A model generated the notes under the pieces. It was not told the origin of the DNA. It saw nothing but the letters and a program-made list of their open reading frames with translations, and ran no database searches. The position numbers and the translations under genes are program-made. Of a stretch of 64,000 bases of DNA, positions 11,300 through 24,599 are shown in pieces. Each line of letters begins with the position of its first letter. Position 1 is the stretch's first letter. This stretch comes from Heteronotia binoei (lineage: Eukaryota): positions 93,868,001-93,932,000 of the forward strand of contig NC_083229.1 in assembly GCF_032191835.1 (NCBI RefSeq), given 5' to 3'.

Positions 11300-13415
11300 G
11301 CCTCACTCTTCAGGAGTGGTAGATCCTGCTTGGGCACCTGAACTTTATGTGCAGAGTAGTCATACCAGATAGGGCCTTCATAAGCAGGATTTGTGACTGC
11401 CTAGAGATGGTGCATGTTTCTGGGAGTAGCAAGGCTAATCTGTACATGTGGCTAGATTTCATGAAGGAATATAGTGATGTATCCTTTTGGCACTGAACCA
11501 CACTGTTGGAGGCCTCCCTGTAGATTTCTTTGGATACCTCCAGCAGCATGGGGTTTGGAGTCTTTTGGGGAGGGCAGCTGGTGTGCACAGCTCTGGCCAC
11601 TGGAGTGGACAGAGTCTGACCTTACCAGGGACCTGACCTTTCTGGAATTCTTCCTGATGATTATGGCAATTCACCAACAGCTAAAGGATAAGATGGTTAA
11701 ATTGGGTGGAACAATCAGGTCATGGTGCAGGTGGTCAACAAGTTGACATCATGGTCTCCAATGGTCATGCAGCTGGTTAGTGTGTACAGCCTTAGATATC
11801 TGAGATACAACATACTATTTGTCACAGAGCATATGCCAGGTGTTCACAACACCATCACTGACATTTTGTCTTTCATTTCAGGGAGTTAGCTCGGAGGGGG
11901 GGGGGGCAAATCAAGATCTGGTCCCAAAGCCAGAAGCATTGTAGAGTCTTGGCAGAGTGAAGTCAAGCATATAGTCAAGGTATTATTAAAAGGATGTCTT
12001 ACAGGTGGCACTTAGAGGCTTTCCACAGGTTCTAGCAGGACCAGGGGCTTGACCAGCAGTGTTCAGTACCAACTGACCACCTGCTTCAGTTTGCAACCAT
12101 TCTGAGGAGAAGAAGCCTGGCTGTCAGAACCATCAAGGGATACCTGGTGAAGATTGCTTTTCAGTTGAAAGCCCAGGAATTGGATGAGCACACAGGAGAT
12201 TTCAGGTTATGGTGCATGTTGGAGGGCTGGGTCCATTTAGCACTGCCAGCACCTGACACCAGGTGGTCCTTTACCCTGGAGATCATCTAAACCTTAATTG
12301 CACTGCTCAGGGACATCTGCTTGTCACACTGGAAGCTAATTTGTTCAGGGCCAGCCACGTTGGTAGCCTTCTTTTGGGCTTTTAAGATAAATGAATTGCT
12401 GATTAGGGGCATGGAGGAGGGCTTATGCCCTGTGTGGGAGCTTGAGCGCCGGCTCCAGGCAATGAGCCAGAGGTTGGACCTGCTGTTTCCACATGAGATC
12501 AGCTTGCCTCAGATGGAATACCAGTTTTTGTCAGTGCTCTGCTGGGCCTTGAGCATAGCCAGCCTGGCAGGGGGTAGCCTCAGCACCCACTCTTTTTGAA
12601 TTGAAGTGGCTTCCACAGCTGCTGGGATGGGGTTCAGTCCCATCAAGCTTCAGCATTTGGGCTGGTGGAAGTTCCAAGTGTATCAAAACTATGTGCATAA
12701 GCAATGATGTCTGAGAGTTCGTTTCTTTGCAGGGTGTGGCTCAAGAACTGAGGTCACCAGTGTGCTGATTTGCAGGGATTTGATTGCATACTTGTCAAGC
12801 AGGAGGGCCAGCTGCTCCAGCATTGGTACCCAGCTAGACATTGGAGTCTACATCTCTGTTGAGTGGCTGGGGGAAGAGAGGAACACATTGAAGCCTGCTG
12901 TTACCCCTCCTCCATGAGCAAAAGCACCTCCCTAGGTTGTCGTTATACATTTGGGTGAGAAAGATCTGGCAATAAGTTGGCTGGATGTCTCAGTTGGGGA
13001 CCTCTTAGGGGTTGGGGGACATACAACAAGCCCTAAAGCTTAGCAGTCATGGGCTGGACTGTGCTCCTCCATCTCCTCTATGTATGGTAGTTTTGGTAAG
13101 CACCCTGGGATATCCTTGATGGAGGGTCCCCAAACTGGGTGCCTATCAGCTGGAAAGTCTGGGTGGCGCAGTTCGGGGGAACATTTGATAAGCCCCAAGG
13201 CTTAGCAGTTGTGAGCTGGACTGTACTCCTCCATCCTCTCTATGCACTAGTGTATGTCCCATGAGGAGAAAAGTTCAGAAGGATCCCAGACCTGGCTCTG
13301 AGCTGGGGTGGTTTTGTCCTGTTGGGAAACTTGCTTTGCAAGTACAATACAACCTGTGTAGTAACATGTTAACTGATTGGTGCAGATCAACCTATATGTA
13401 AATAAAGTCCCAGTT
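11300..13415 (+). mobile_element. Degenerate, 5'-truncated Ngaro/DIRS-type tyrosine-recombinase retrotransposon (RT-RNase H end, YR, SGNH hydrolase, terminal repeat)
   Basis: RNase H-like SWCAQLWPLEW..LTRDLTFLEFF (11560-11660). YR motifs LVAFFWAFKINELL (12360-12400) and HSF*IEVASTAA...LGWWK..VYQNYV (12585-12700). SGNH-like VLIC..SIGTQLDIG..VEWLG..VVVIHLGEKDL (12760-12970). AATAAAG at about 13401. Stops and frameshifts throughout. Confidence 0.85.
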
Positions 13416-13426
13416 TAGCCTATAAT

Positions 13427-13959
13427 CAGGGCTGGCCCTGCCAGTAGGCAAACTAGGCAATTGCCTATGGCGCTGGCCTTCTGGGGGCATTGAATTGTGT
13501 GTTCCCCATGTGACTCAGTGATGTTATCAGTGCAGGGGGACACCAGAAGTTAGCCTTGCCTAGGGTGCCAGACAGTCTATGGCCAGCCTGTTGATGTGCC
13601 TGTGTTTAGCTAGGGTGGTCTTAGGTGACGCAAAGAATGAAGGCTTGCACACAGCAGTGGTAAAACTACTATATACAATTTATTTACACCTCCACTCTCC
13701 AAACTGACAGAATGCTCCACTGCAACTCCACCATACATAACCCACACACAGTAAAGTGTCTCTGTACATTTATACAATCCATCCACCCAGGTGACCAATC
13801 AGCTTGCTGCTGAGTCATGCTGACATTGTCCAGGCTGATGCAATCTGGCAACCAGCCACCTTCTGTCACTTAGATGATCTACCTGGCAGATCAGTTACTT
13901 TCACTTTCCCAGCATGTGCTTAGAAACTGCTTGGCTTCCATAATATTGACACAGCCCTG
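13427..13959. mobile_element. hAT-type MITE (CAGGGCTGGCCC ends) split by a solo LTR
   Basis: Left TIR CAGGGCTGGCCCTG. The right TIR GGCCAGCC|CTG is restored when 13589-13956 is removed. Same family as 40624-40793. Confidence 0.75.
13589..13951 (-). mobile_element. Solo LTR
   Basis: TG...CA ends with a perfect 5-bp TSD CAGCC (13584-13588 and 13952-13956). On the minus strand TATAAA (~13770) precedes AATAAA (~13680). Confidence 0.8.
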
Positions 13960-15544
13960 CTCATAACCTGTGTCATGTTTCATTCAGGGGATGGAGTGGG
14001 CAAAATACAACTGTGTGAGAATGTTTGTTCCTCATATGTAGCAGTTTCTATGGCTTGAGTATTCTATTATCTATTTTTAATCAATTTAGTGTTGTTTGGA
14101 TTTTTTTTAAAAAAAATTCATTGTATTGATAAATGATTCACTACCTACTACACCAAAAGCTTCTCACTACCCATAGAGCTGTGCTGGGATATGGCATTAA
14201 AATTCTGAAAGGCACAAGAAGTCATTATATCTCAGTTACTACATTGTTAAAATGTCAAATGCCATGTTTCACATAAAGTGTCACAAAGTGTAAAAAATGG
14301 CAGTGCCTAGTACCAGTGTTTATGTACAGGAAAAAAACAATAGCAATCTAATGAAATATGAAAAGCTGAGATAATGTGCAAAATGAAGCCATAGAATGAT
14401 AGCTGATCTGAAATGTAAGTGCTAATTATACCATACAATAACAAAACAGAGATCACAGTGTATTAAGACGTATAAATAGAAAAAAAAACCATGACTGATG
14501 GCTGTTGTTGATAAAGTATATCTGTACCATGTGTCTCCTGACACTCTTATTTCATTTTTCACTCAATTTTTATACAAAACATTTATATATCAATGGAATA
14601 GCAACTTATACTCAAATTACATACGGCTATAATTCGCAAGAAAACAACTTTTTCACAGTTTGTACCATAATGTGGATTGGGTATAAATTTACATCACAAT
14701 GTGGACAAGGTCATGCATAAAGAGTTCCAAATAAATTGTATGGGGAAGTCATAAACAACCATTAGAATCTCTGACTGATGAGTACCCAGGTTTCAGCTCA
14801 TTTCATTACTCATCTTCCTCAAAGTTGGATAAACTTCAAAGATGTTATATTATTCTTAGCCTGGAATTAATATATAATTTAGATTTGTCCCTAAGACAAG
14901 AAACATCCAAACACTGAACTGGATTAAAAAAACAAACGTGCAAGAAAGCCCACAGAATGGAACTATTGCTATTGCTAACAGTGTGCTATTGTGTTTGATA
15001 AACTGGTTTGATCCATGGATATATCCATGAACATATATCCATGTATATATCCAAAAAATACTGCAAGTAAAGCTCACATAACAGAACTTTGCAACTTCTG
15101 CCCTTTTTCTTCTCTGGTAGCACAATTGGTAACCCAATTTGCTGTCAGAAAATGGCTTTGGATTCAACCCATAAAATATAATAGCATTTGAAATATTTCA
15201 TACAGTTTTGAACTGTAGCCTCAGTTCAGTAATGCACAGTTCTAAATTATTAGTTCAGTTTCATCTCTTTTAATAACTCAGGCACAGAGCTTCCATTTGC
15301 ATGTTCATAAAGTATAGTTGTTAAGCAAACGAAAGGCAGCAAGCAAAGTTATAGCTAGCAGGATCCCAGAAAGCTTTCCAATAATGGTTCCTTGGTTTCC
15401 AACAAGCACTTCACAAACTGCTGCTGGATGTATGTGTCCTGTCTAAAACTCATTAAATGGGGATGCAGACAATCATAATCACAGTTTAAGTTCACAAATA
15501 CTGTGGCAGCTGTCTACATGGAAAGCAAAATTAGGATTATAAAA

Positions 15545-16050
15545 TCCTAAAGGTATACGTGCCCTTTAGACAAGATTCTCTCATGATATTTAAACTCCCA
15601 CAACATGGTTAGGGTCAGTTGGGTGCCCTTTTCCCATGAAATCAGCAGCTTATCTGCTGGAGTGGTTCCAATTCTCCAAAAAATGTTGTTCATCTTTAAA
15701 TGTGCGATGGCTGCCAGGAAAAAAATAGAGTTCACAAAGCTTGTTGAGTGTGCTGGCACTGATGGAAAAAGTATGAAATAATCTGCATATAAGCTAATTT
15801 TATGTTGTCTATCTCCAGTTTTTACACCATGTATACTAGAGTTTGATCAGATGACCTCTACTAATGATTCAGTTGCCAAAATGAAAAGTAAAGGTGCAAG
15901 TGGGCATCCCTGCCTTGTTCCTTTCTGCAAATTATTTTTTTTTTGTGATGAAAAATTGCTCAACTTCATTTTTGCTGTAGGGTTCTTATATATTGCACTG
16001 GTAACTCTTTGAAAATTATCACCAAAACCCATTATATTTGAAATCATTAG
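15545..16050 (-). mobile_element. L1-clade LINE reverse transcriptase fragment
   Basis: Translation contains KGTRQGCPLAPLLFILATE, the L1 RT motif GTRQGCPLSPLLF. Disrupted. Confidence 0.85.
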
Positions 16051-17195
16051 GTGGCTTCCAGGTTATCAATGAAACTGCCTCTAAAGTAAAGGGGTTCTGC
16101 TTGACTGCTGCAGATGAGATTGTTTTGCTATGCTGAAGCCACAATTGGAGTGGTTCCTCCTACTGTCTCCCCCCCCTCCCACACACCAGCCTCCTGTTCT
16201 CTCCATTACACCAAATGCTCGCAGGCCAGATAAGAGCCCTGGGTGGGCCAGTTCCAGCTCCTGGGTCTTACATCTGACACCCTTGATCTAAGGTCTTTCT
16301 GCTATCTGATACTAACTGCAAAGGTGATGATCTACAATTGAACTACAGCCCCTTGCCAACAACGTGGAAAAATGTATGAATTCAGAACATGCTAATATAA
16401 AATAGGAATGCAATTTGATTTGTAGACACAGAAGCATGGCCTAGGTTAGAACTGCTATTGGGGGACATTCAGAAATTTTTCCATATGTAAAAATAAAATA
16501 AATTAGTCTGAATGCTTTCAGATAAACAATACACAAAATGCCACATTTATGGTATCCTGCAGAAAAAAGTTCTTGTTTTTTTTTTCTGAGGCATTTAGAG
16601 TAAGTTTAACAAATGCAATTAGATAAAACACAAACTGCCATCTGTTTATCACGCAGCAGCAAATGGATCAATGGATCCCTTGGATGTTTGGTGTACACAC
16701 TTTGAAAGATATTAGAGCAATGAGGAACAGCACACAGAGCACTGCATGGCAATTTTGTTTTAAGTACATAAGAGGGCTGCCCAGAATACCACCTTCACTT
16801 ATTTCATAAACACTACTTGCATGTTGTATTGGATTAGATGAGATTTAATGGAAGTCTGTTTGATAAAAAGCACAGAGGAAGAAACTTTTCCCTATCATTT
16901 ATGCCTCTATCAGAGAGTATTGATTTAAAATTACAGAGATGATGGAAACAAATCAATAGTGCTGTAAAAGGAGTGAATAGAGAAACTGCCTGAGGAAAGT
17001 AAAATAATATTTTTGTCCACATACACAAGAGGAACTGAAATGCAACAAAAAGATCTGTATACTACAACTCCATTCCATTAGCACCAGCACTTGCTTCTGC
17101 ACTAAGAAGAATTCTTGCTCCCCACCAGCAATAGAACTGCTGAAGTGAAGCCAGAACTTTCCTCAACATATTTGCAGAAGACTCCTTGATAGGGT

Positions 17196-17480
17196 CAGGA
17201 CCGGCCTGGCCACTAGGCAAATTAGGCTTGCTTGTCCTTCCCACCGCTGCTGCCCCCTCACCCTGCACTAATCGTGATCACATTGGAGGGCCAGCATAGG
17301 AGCTGCAAGACTCCAGTGCCATTTCACCTGTTGATCAGCTGATCGACGGGGAGCCTTTAAAGAGCTCGGGGATCACGGTGCTCCACTGCCCCTTCCTGGG
17401 CATTGAAATGGTGAGGGAGGGAGGAAGATGTGCCACAGCGGGGAGGTGGGGGGTGGCACTGTGGAGGGGGGTGGCAGGAG
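17196..17480. mobile_element. GC-rich hAT-like MITE
   Basis: Starts CAGGACCGGCCTGGCCACTAGGCAAATTAGGC, similar to the 13427 end. Its interior (gatcagctgatcg core) is shared with 30905-31187. Confidence 0.55.
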
Positions 17481-18688
17481 GTGAGTCTAGAAAGTGTTGC
17501 TAGTTATGACCTGACAACCAGCAGGAGATTGGAGGAATTCAGGGGCCAATGCTAGAGCATTACCCCAGTGTGATTACATCACTTCCAGATCATGCTGGAA
17601 GTTGAGTCATCACACAGTGATGACAAATGCATCGCCTCCCCCATTTCACCAGCTAGTTTCCTCTCACCATCCAGCTGAGCAAGAGTGGACAGCAGGAGAT
17701 CTCCTGCTAGAAATAGGCATTGTAAGCCTACTCCTTGGACTGGGGGAAAAAAGCACCACCATTAGCAAAATGTAGAAACAAAAGAAATATGTTTAAACTG
17801 TGGTCATGGTGTAGTCCTGATACAGGCAGAGGTCCTACACATAGATCCTCACAGGGCTTAATGTAACCACTTTTCCTTTTGTGTCTTGACATGTGCATAT
17901 GTAAAGGCATAAGTCAAGACAATGCACATTCTGTTTAGAGCAGTCAATGCCAAAATTCTTCCCTATGACTCTTACTCCAATATACAGATTTACTTATTTA
18001 GTCCCTGGGAATGTCCCTACGTGGTTGAAAGAATGCTATGGTGGGAGGAGAATTCAGATCAGAGAATGTGCTAAAAGAAATGCATTTGCTCCTAGCCTTC
18101 TCAGAGTCCTCTGCATTTCTGGGAAAAATTGGCAACATATGTAACTCTATGTTCCAAGCGTTTCAGGGTTTTGAGGCCCTTCTTTTAAAATGCAGGAACC
18201 TTTTTTTGCATATTTCAGGGATCCTTCTTGTCAATGGACTCTGTCTTTTGATTTCAGGACATCCACTTACATAGTTGATAGGAAAATAATAACATTCATT
18301 TATTCAATAGAAAAGAAAATCTAGAAGCCCCCACACTCTCCTCAACACCTGTCTGACAACAGAATTATTTTCGAATTGCTAGTTTCCTGATGTGGCTTGG
18401 TGGTTAGCCTATTTCCTATTGAAGCTTCTCAAAAGCTTGCTAGTATTGCCACTCCCCCTCCCTGCTAGTTTTCCTATACATTAGCCTCTTAAGCCTGCAA
18501 AAGTAAAATGCTTCTTTCTTTTTATATATGCTAACAAGACAACTGTTATAAGTATAGTGATTTATAATATTCAGCATAAATAGTGAGTAGAGTGCACAAC
18601 AAAGAATTAATCAATCATTAGGGCAAAATCGGTTTTAGAGCTGTATATTCAGTTGAGTCATGTGCACTGTCATTGCATAGATGAGAGG

Positions 18689-19193
18689 TGTCAGAACTGG
18701 AAATTTCAAAGGGGCATCTGCAGATGTTTGTGAGTGGTTATCTGTCACCTTTCAGTGGTTAGTGGTTGTTTGAAATGCAGAATCACAGGGTTAATGAAGT
18801 TCACAAATATGGAGTCAGTTGTGCTAACTGAATACCATTTTAGCTAAGCATATAGATAAAGTTACAAGTTCTGACAAAAAGAAGTGTTGCTGGGCGGAGA
18901 TATTTGTAACTTTTTATCTTATATGGCCAAACCTCTGAGCCAACGGCCGTTGAAGCTAGACTGTGAGCTCTGACCAATGGCAAACAGCCACAGAGCAAGA
19001 GAGGAAGTAAGTGACATCGGGGATGTCTTATAAGGCAAGGGGCTTGGCCAAATTGGCAGAGAGGCGGTCTCATGGCTGGCCTCTCTCCACTCTCTGCAGA
19101 AGTGAAAATAAAGTGGTTTCCTCTGAACAACAAAGTCTCAAGCCTGGTAATTGTAATTGGAATAGGAGTATTGCTCCTAAAAACCGGTTGACA
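18689..19193 (+). mobile_element. Probable solo LTR
   Basis: TGTCA...TTGACA ends. CCAAT (~18973), CTTATAAG (~19027) and AATAAAG (~19107) occur in LTR order. No TSD confirmed, and the left boundary is uncertain. Confidence 0.5.
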
Positions 19194-20618
19194 TAGTCAA
19201 AGGCCAGATTATCTATATCTGAAACCCATTACTTCTACAAAATGCTCAGGATAGCATAAATGGGTGCTTTCTTTCCTAAAACAACTTTCTCCATCCTAAC
19301 CCAACCCTACTTTTTCTCCTCTCCTGAAGACCTGCATTAATTTTCATCCCCCCTTTAGAAATAACTTCTATACTAAATGTCTGCTCTACATATAATGCAT
19401 GAAAATATATGTTTCTATCCATCACATATGGCATAGCATAGGCTTAATAAACCATATTTTTTTGTTTGTTTATTTGAAATTGGGATGTGCTGAGTCAATT
19501 ATGTGGCAGATGGGCTTTATTTGGTTTGGTGAGTCACAAGTTGTTCAGGTCTGTTGAAAGCTACTTTTCTCTGATTGTAGTTGTTCAACATAAATATATA
19601 ACCATGTCAGCATAATAATAATAAAAAAAACCTGTTCCTTTACTTAGCAGGCTCTTTGAATACCATATGCCCATGCACATCTTTATTTTGAAGCATTATG
19701 GAGAGAAGGAAGTTTTATTTTGTAATATTTTGGGCAGTCAGATCACTCTAGGATCACTTTCCACAACAACTGTGAAGAATGCTTCTCAGTATAAATATTT
19801 AAAGGAGAATGACGATAACTATAAATTTGCCCCCTCCTTTTCTTTGCATCATTTGTCATGTGTATCTTTCCTTCCATAAAGAATGGAAAGATAATTTCTA
19901 GGTGTTTAAGTTGTATTATTGAAAATGAGGGTAACAGAGGAAATAAGTGTCCACAATTTTTGCAGAATTAAAACTTGTTCTACCAAAGAAAGACTGCCAT
20001 TGTATACGAAAAACACCTTTAAACTTAGAAGATATGAAATAAGATTTTTAAAAAGATTTTTACAAAAAGGAAACTTGTAAAATTCATAATGCACTGAAAT
20101 CTGTAACTATGCAAGTTCCTATTCTTAACTGAATATTTTTAGCAGTGTATTCACAAACTTTTTTAAAATTAATAAGGTTGAAGTTATTGTTAGTACTTAG
20201 GGCTGCAACCAGTGTTCTTATTTGACTCAAAAACTGTTTGTTGGGTAGATTAACTGAAAAATATGCCCTCTTCTCAAATATATACATCTAAAAATTCTTC
20301 TGATAGTTGTTCTAAGTCACTGTGTCCTTCTGTTACTTTTCTTCAGAAGCATTTTTGGATGGTTCATAATTACACTGTGATTATGATTGCATCATGATGC
20401 TGGATAGCCAATTAGTTCTGAATGTGTGGTGTCACTCCACTAAGTGCAAGAACAATTCTTGTTCTCAATCAGAACTGGCTTTATGATGATACCTTCTGAC
20501 AATGTCATCACGACAATTAATAGTAAATTCTTAAGTATTACCTCTCCCCATAACAAATCTACAAAACAAGAGCATGTTTAGGAGAGACAGCTTTCATAAA
20601 ACATATTAAATCCACAAT

Positions 20619-21390
20619 TTGCCCCCACAAACGGAAGGAAGAGACGGACACAAGGGTTTGGGGAAATAAGGGCCTCTTTATTTATTATTAAATTAACAAG
20701 GGCTATAAACATAATAGGCAGCATGGCAGGGCCAGGGGACGAAATATCCCTCCCCTGCCGCATGACGGGCGAGCCACCCTGCCCCTAGGTATAGCCAAAA
20801 TGCATGGCTCACGTACCCAGCCAGCCTAGCAAAGGTTATGCCCTGGAGTTCCAGCCCCCATCCTCACGGCTGAAGGGCAGATCAATCCATGCAAACCCTA
20901 GGCAGTCCACTTCATCACTCAACTAGTCCACACAGGCCAGGAATGATTTAGCTAGACCCCGTGCCCCAAAACTGGGGTGCTATTGGTGCTCACCGAGCTG
21001 CATAACGAAAATTAGGCAAAAAAACCCAGCCAACCTGAACATGACCAGCCTACGTAAACCAGCCACACCCTAGCCAATTCCACAATCCTTTCTACAAGGT
21101 GAAAAACACCACTTCCAACAGCCAAACAGGAAGAGATGAAAAAATTCCTACTCGGTCCCCTATAAATTAAGAGCAACCAGATATCGCCCACACTGCCTCA
21201 AGGGTGGGAGGGTAGACCAAGCACAAGGCGAAGACTGAGAGGCAGAAGCAGAGACAGCCATTAAGGTGTGCCTGCTCTGCCCTCACCTCCCATAATGCCC
21301 TGCCCGCTCATCATCCTTACGAAGGGGCAAAACGGCCCCCGGAGACACAGCTGTGCAGCCTGCTTCCGCTTGGAAGCCGCATTCTCTCAG
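20619..21390 (-). mobile_element. Ngaro/DIRS-type terminal-repeat fragment (non-coding)
   Basis: The minus-strand end AAATAAAGAGGCCCTT...TGTCCGTCTC...GGGGGCAA parallels the end of the SGNH-bearing fragment at 35395-35455. Confidence 0.6.
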
Positions 21391-22226
21391 CTCTAGTATA
21401 TACTGGTGGAGAACATACATAGAAAGTATTAGTCATTTTATTTCACATTGGTTTAGTATTTTGCCTTTATTTTTATCATGCAGTCTCACTTTAAAAAAAA
21501 GCCTGAAGATTTTGTGATGTTGCCTGAAAGCTTCATATTGATCTCACACATTAGATTTGCTAACAGTAGCTTTAAAAGCAGCTGAATCCAGAGGTGTGGT
21601 TGCCAACTCCAGCCAACACTGACAGTGGTTGCTATGCAGGGAAGCTTCCTGTTTATGAAAAGCCACAGCTACTGCATTTTGGCTTACCACTTATCTCTAT
21701 GCTTGTTTCAACATGCAGCAGGCTATCTTGACGTTTTGTCTGCAGTGACCATGGTTGACACGATAAGACACATCTATAGGATACATTGCAGTACAGAGGA
21801 CTTCAATTTGCTGTAAAGCTCGCTAGAGACTTTTGGAAAATTCAAGTCTGAGAGCTCTTAAAGAAGGTGCGACTTCGAAAGACTTCTTGTATGAAATATT
21901 ATGTTTATTGAAATAATTTACTTGAACACACACACCCATCATAAGACTATAATGAATTTTTGCTGTTCATAATCTATTGTGTATCTTTATTCATATCAGT
22001 ATTTGTTTGTATTTGTTAGCTATCTCTATCATTGTCCCTGTTTAGTTTCAAGGTCCTACTTGCAGCCAGTTGCTTGGGAGTAACCCTGCAGCTACTTATT
22101 ATCATTATCAAAAATCTGGCTAGGAGACTTGCACTTTGTCTTCTCTCCTGGAGCTCTATTCTGAGCTTTCATCTTTGGAACTCAAAGGATGTGGGTGAAA
22201 CTGAAGGGCTGGTAATGACCACCTGA

Positions 22227-22467
22227 TAGGGCTGCCAAGTTCCTGCTGGGGCAGCAGATCTCCCAGTTTGGTGGGCGCCAACCCACTGGTAGGAGGAAAC
22301 CACTGGGGGATCCCTGCTCCTAAATAATCCTGCTGCCACACAGCATGCACAATGTGATAACGTCACCTGAAAGTGATGTATTGTGCTGGGCATGTTGTAC
22401 AAGAACACTCTAGGAAATCATGGGAAATCTACGGTTTCATGCAGGGACACTGTAGCAATTTGCAGGA
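22227..22467. mobile_element. TAGGGTTGCCA-family hAT MITE
   Basis: Starts TAGGGCTGCCAAG. GACCACCTGA is duplicated at 22217-22226 and 22466-22475. Confidence 0.65.
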
Positions 22468-22719
22468 CCACCTGAGTTTGATCTGTTGGAACAGGACTGG
22501 TGGCTCTTCATCAGCTGTGGCGGTGAACTTTATCGAGCCTGCAGCTCATCTTCTTATTTGCTGGTTTCTGCTGGTTCAGAGCTGATTTCCTGAGGCTCTT
22601 TTCCTAAGGAGTCCTCTTCTCCCAATGAGTCCTTACTGTTGCTGAGTCCTAGCTGCCCTATGACATGTTTTGTTTTTTTTCCTGGACACTTTCTCAAATT
22701 TCAACCCTTTATTTATTTA

Positions 22720-22945
22720 TACATGGTTCATTTATACACCACCTTTCTTTCCAAGGGGTATCAAAATAAGCTTTTATCATTCTCCTCCCCTCCATTTTTT
22801 TGTCACAACAACCCTGAGAGGTAGGTTAGGCTGAGAGTATGTGTGTCAGACCCAAGCAAGCTTCCAATGGCAGAGTGGAGATTTGAATCTGAGTCTTCTA
22901 GAGCCTAGTCAAATAACTTGAACTGCTACAACACATTGACTTGGC
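22720..22945 (-). mobile_element. Degenerate tRNA-derived SINE
   Basis: Body ...acaaccctgagaggtaggttaggctgagag...gagtggagatttgaatctgagtctt resembles the Squam-like copies. Confidence 0.6.
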
Positions 22946-23429
22946 ATAACTCACAACATTTTTTCCTAGCAACAGTTTTCATCTAGTTACTTGCGAAATT
23001 AAACTGAAAAGGAAACAGCTTTTTTATCATGAAAAACATGTTGAGATTAGTTTCTTGGATTTGTTTTCTTATTCAAACAATGGGCATTAAAAATTCAAAA
23101 GATCTCTAATTAGACTTCAACCACAGCTCCCCAAAAGTAATCATTTATGACACAGTAGGCTCTCCTCCACTAAAAAAAGTTTGCAGATTTTTTTCTGCAG
23201 CAATAATCACAACAAAAGGCCTTTCATGAATCAATTACAGGTTTCAAAGTTTTAACAATTTAACCTTCCCAATATTAAAATTATTAAAAGTCTAATTCTA
23301 ATTTCAATGGAGAGCATTTAAAATCATTCTTTTTAAATTTATTTTATCATTATGCCTGATCAGTAAACTCTGAGAACACATTGATTTAATGCAAAACTAA
23401 ATCTTCACACCCCTTCCAACCCTCCCAGC

Positions 23430-23774
23430 AATTAACACAGAACAATGGTCACATTCAACAGCCAGTTTCCTTATCACTACCCTTCCAGGAAGCCCCACCA
23501 AACAATGGACACATCCACAATCCAATTGCCCTTTCATCACACCCCCTCCAGCCTAGAAATAGCAGCTCTCCAGCAGCCCTGGCCCCACTCAATGCACAGC
23601 AGCCAGAAGGTCAGAGCGCCTGCTCCGGCTGCAACGCCACTGAGGATGTTCTCCGCAGCTGAGAACGAAACGTCTGGAAGAGAAACTTTCTCCAGTAGAA
23701 CACGGCACTTGAGCCCGAAAGGTTCTACAAACCCTAATGATGTTACCAGCCGTGAAAACCTGAAATCTTTGATA
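23430..23774. mobile_element. Penelope-like element terminal fragment
   Basis: Contains ctgaggatg...cgaaacgtc...agaacacggcacttgagcccgaaa...gccgtgaaaacctgaaatc. The CTGA(A/G)GA..CGAAAC signature is typical of PLE terminal repeats. Recognised from memory. Confidence 0.7.
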
Positions 23775-24599
23775 AATCTGAGTGCTATGAAGTTTTGAAG
23801 TATCATTCCTCTGCCCTTTTTGCTCCCCAAATTCAGTGGTTGTACTGATTTTGTGGTTCTAAGATTGTGATTATTCAAAGTGGGACACATTTTCAGTACA
23901 TAGGACATTTCTTCAACTATAAAATATATGCCTGTATCTCAGATTGCTTTAAAAAAAAGGTTTTGTGCTTATTTGGTGCATTTGTTTTTTAAATTGTTGT
24001 CTGAATTTTTTTTTTCAGGGGCCACATTTCCACTCCAAATCATATTTTGGCACCAAACTGCACAGCAAATAACATGTCTACCTAGACATAGTCCAATACA
24101 TATGAAATGGCATACATAGGGAGATGCAGACAATTGTCAAAACTCCTCTCCCTTGTTTCCTCAGGTATGTGCTTTGGTGCGGGTCAGAAACTTGGATGCT
24201 GACCAAATCCCTGCCACATCAAATAAGTTCAACTTTAGGCATGTTGTGCCTAACCCAATATGTTAGTTAATCATGTAAAATTCTATTATTTTATCTCCTT
24301 TAAAGCAAATGTTTCCAATCTTTTATGACAGCATTCTACAAGTCAGTTCTAAAGCACAAAGACACCCATGGGTGGGACTAGAAAGCACATTCTCAGAGAC
24401 AATCACACAAGATTTTCCAAACCAGCCATAGGGTAGTGTCTAAACAAAGAAGCCCATCTGAAGTAGAAACCAGCAGGAATATCTGGGAGTATCTAGCAGA
24501 CTGGAAGTCTGGGACCTTGGAAAGAAAAGTTGAAGGTAGGCTGTCAGACAGGAGCACACAAAAGATAAGCAAACAAACCTGACAGCATTCTAGATAACT

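Noticed and set aside
23537-23908. 123-aa minus-strand ORF with a good-looking splice acceptor, resembling a membrane-protein last exon
   Set aside because: The sequence is a Penelope-like terminal fragment, and the peptide matches nothing I recognise.
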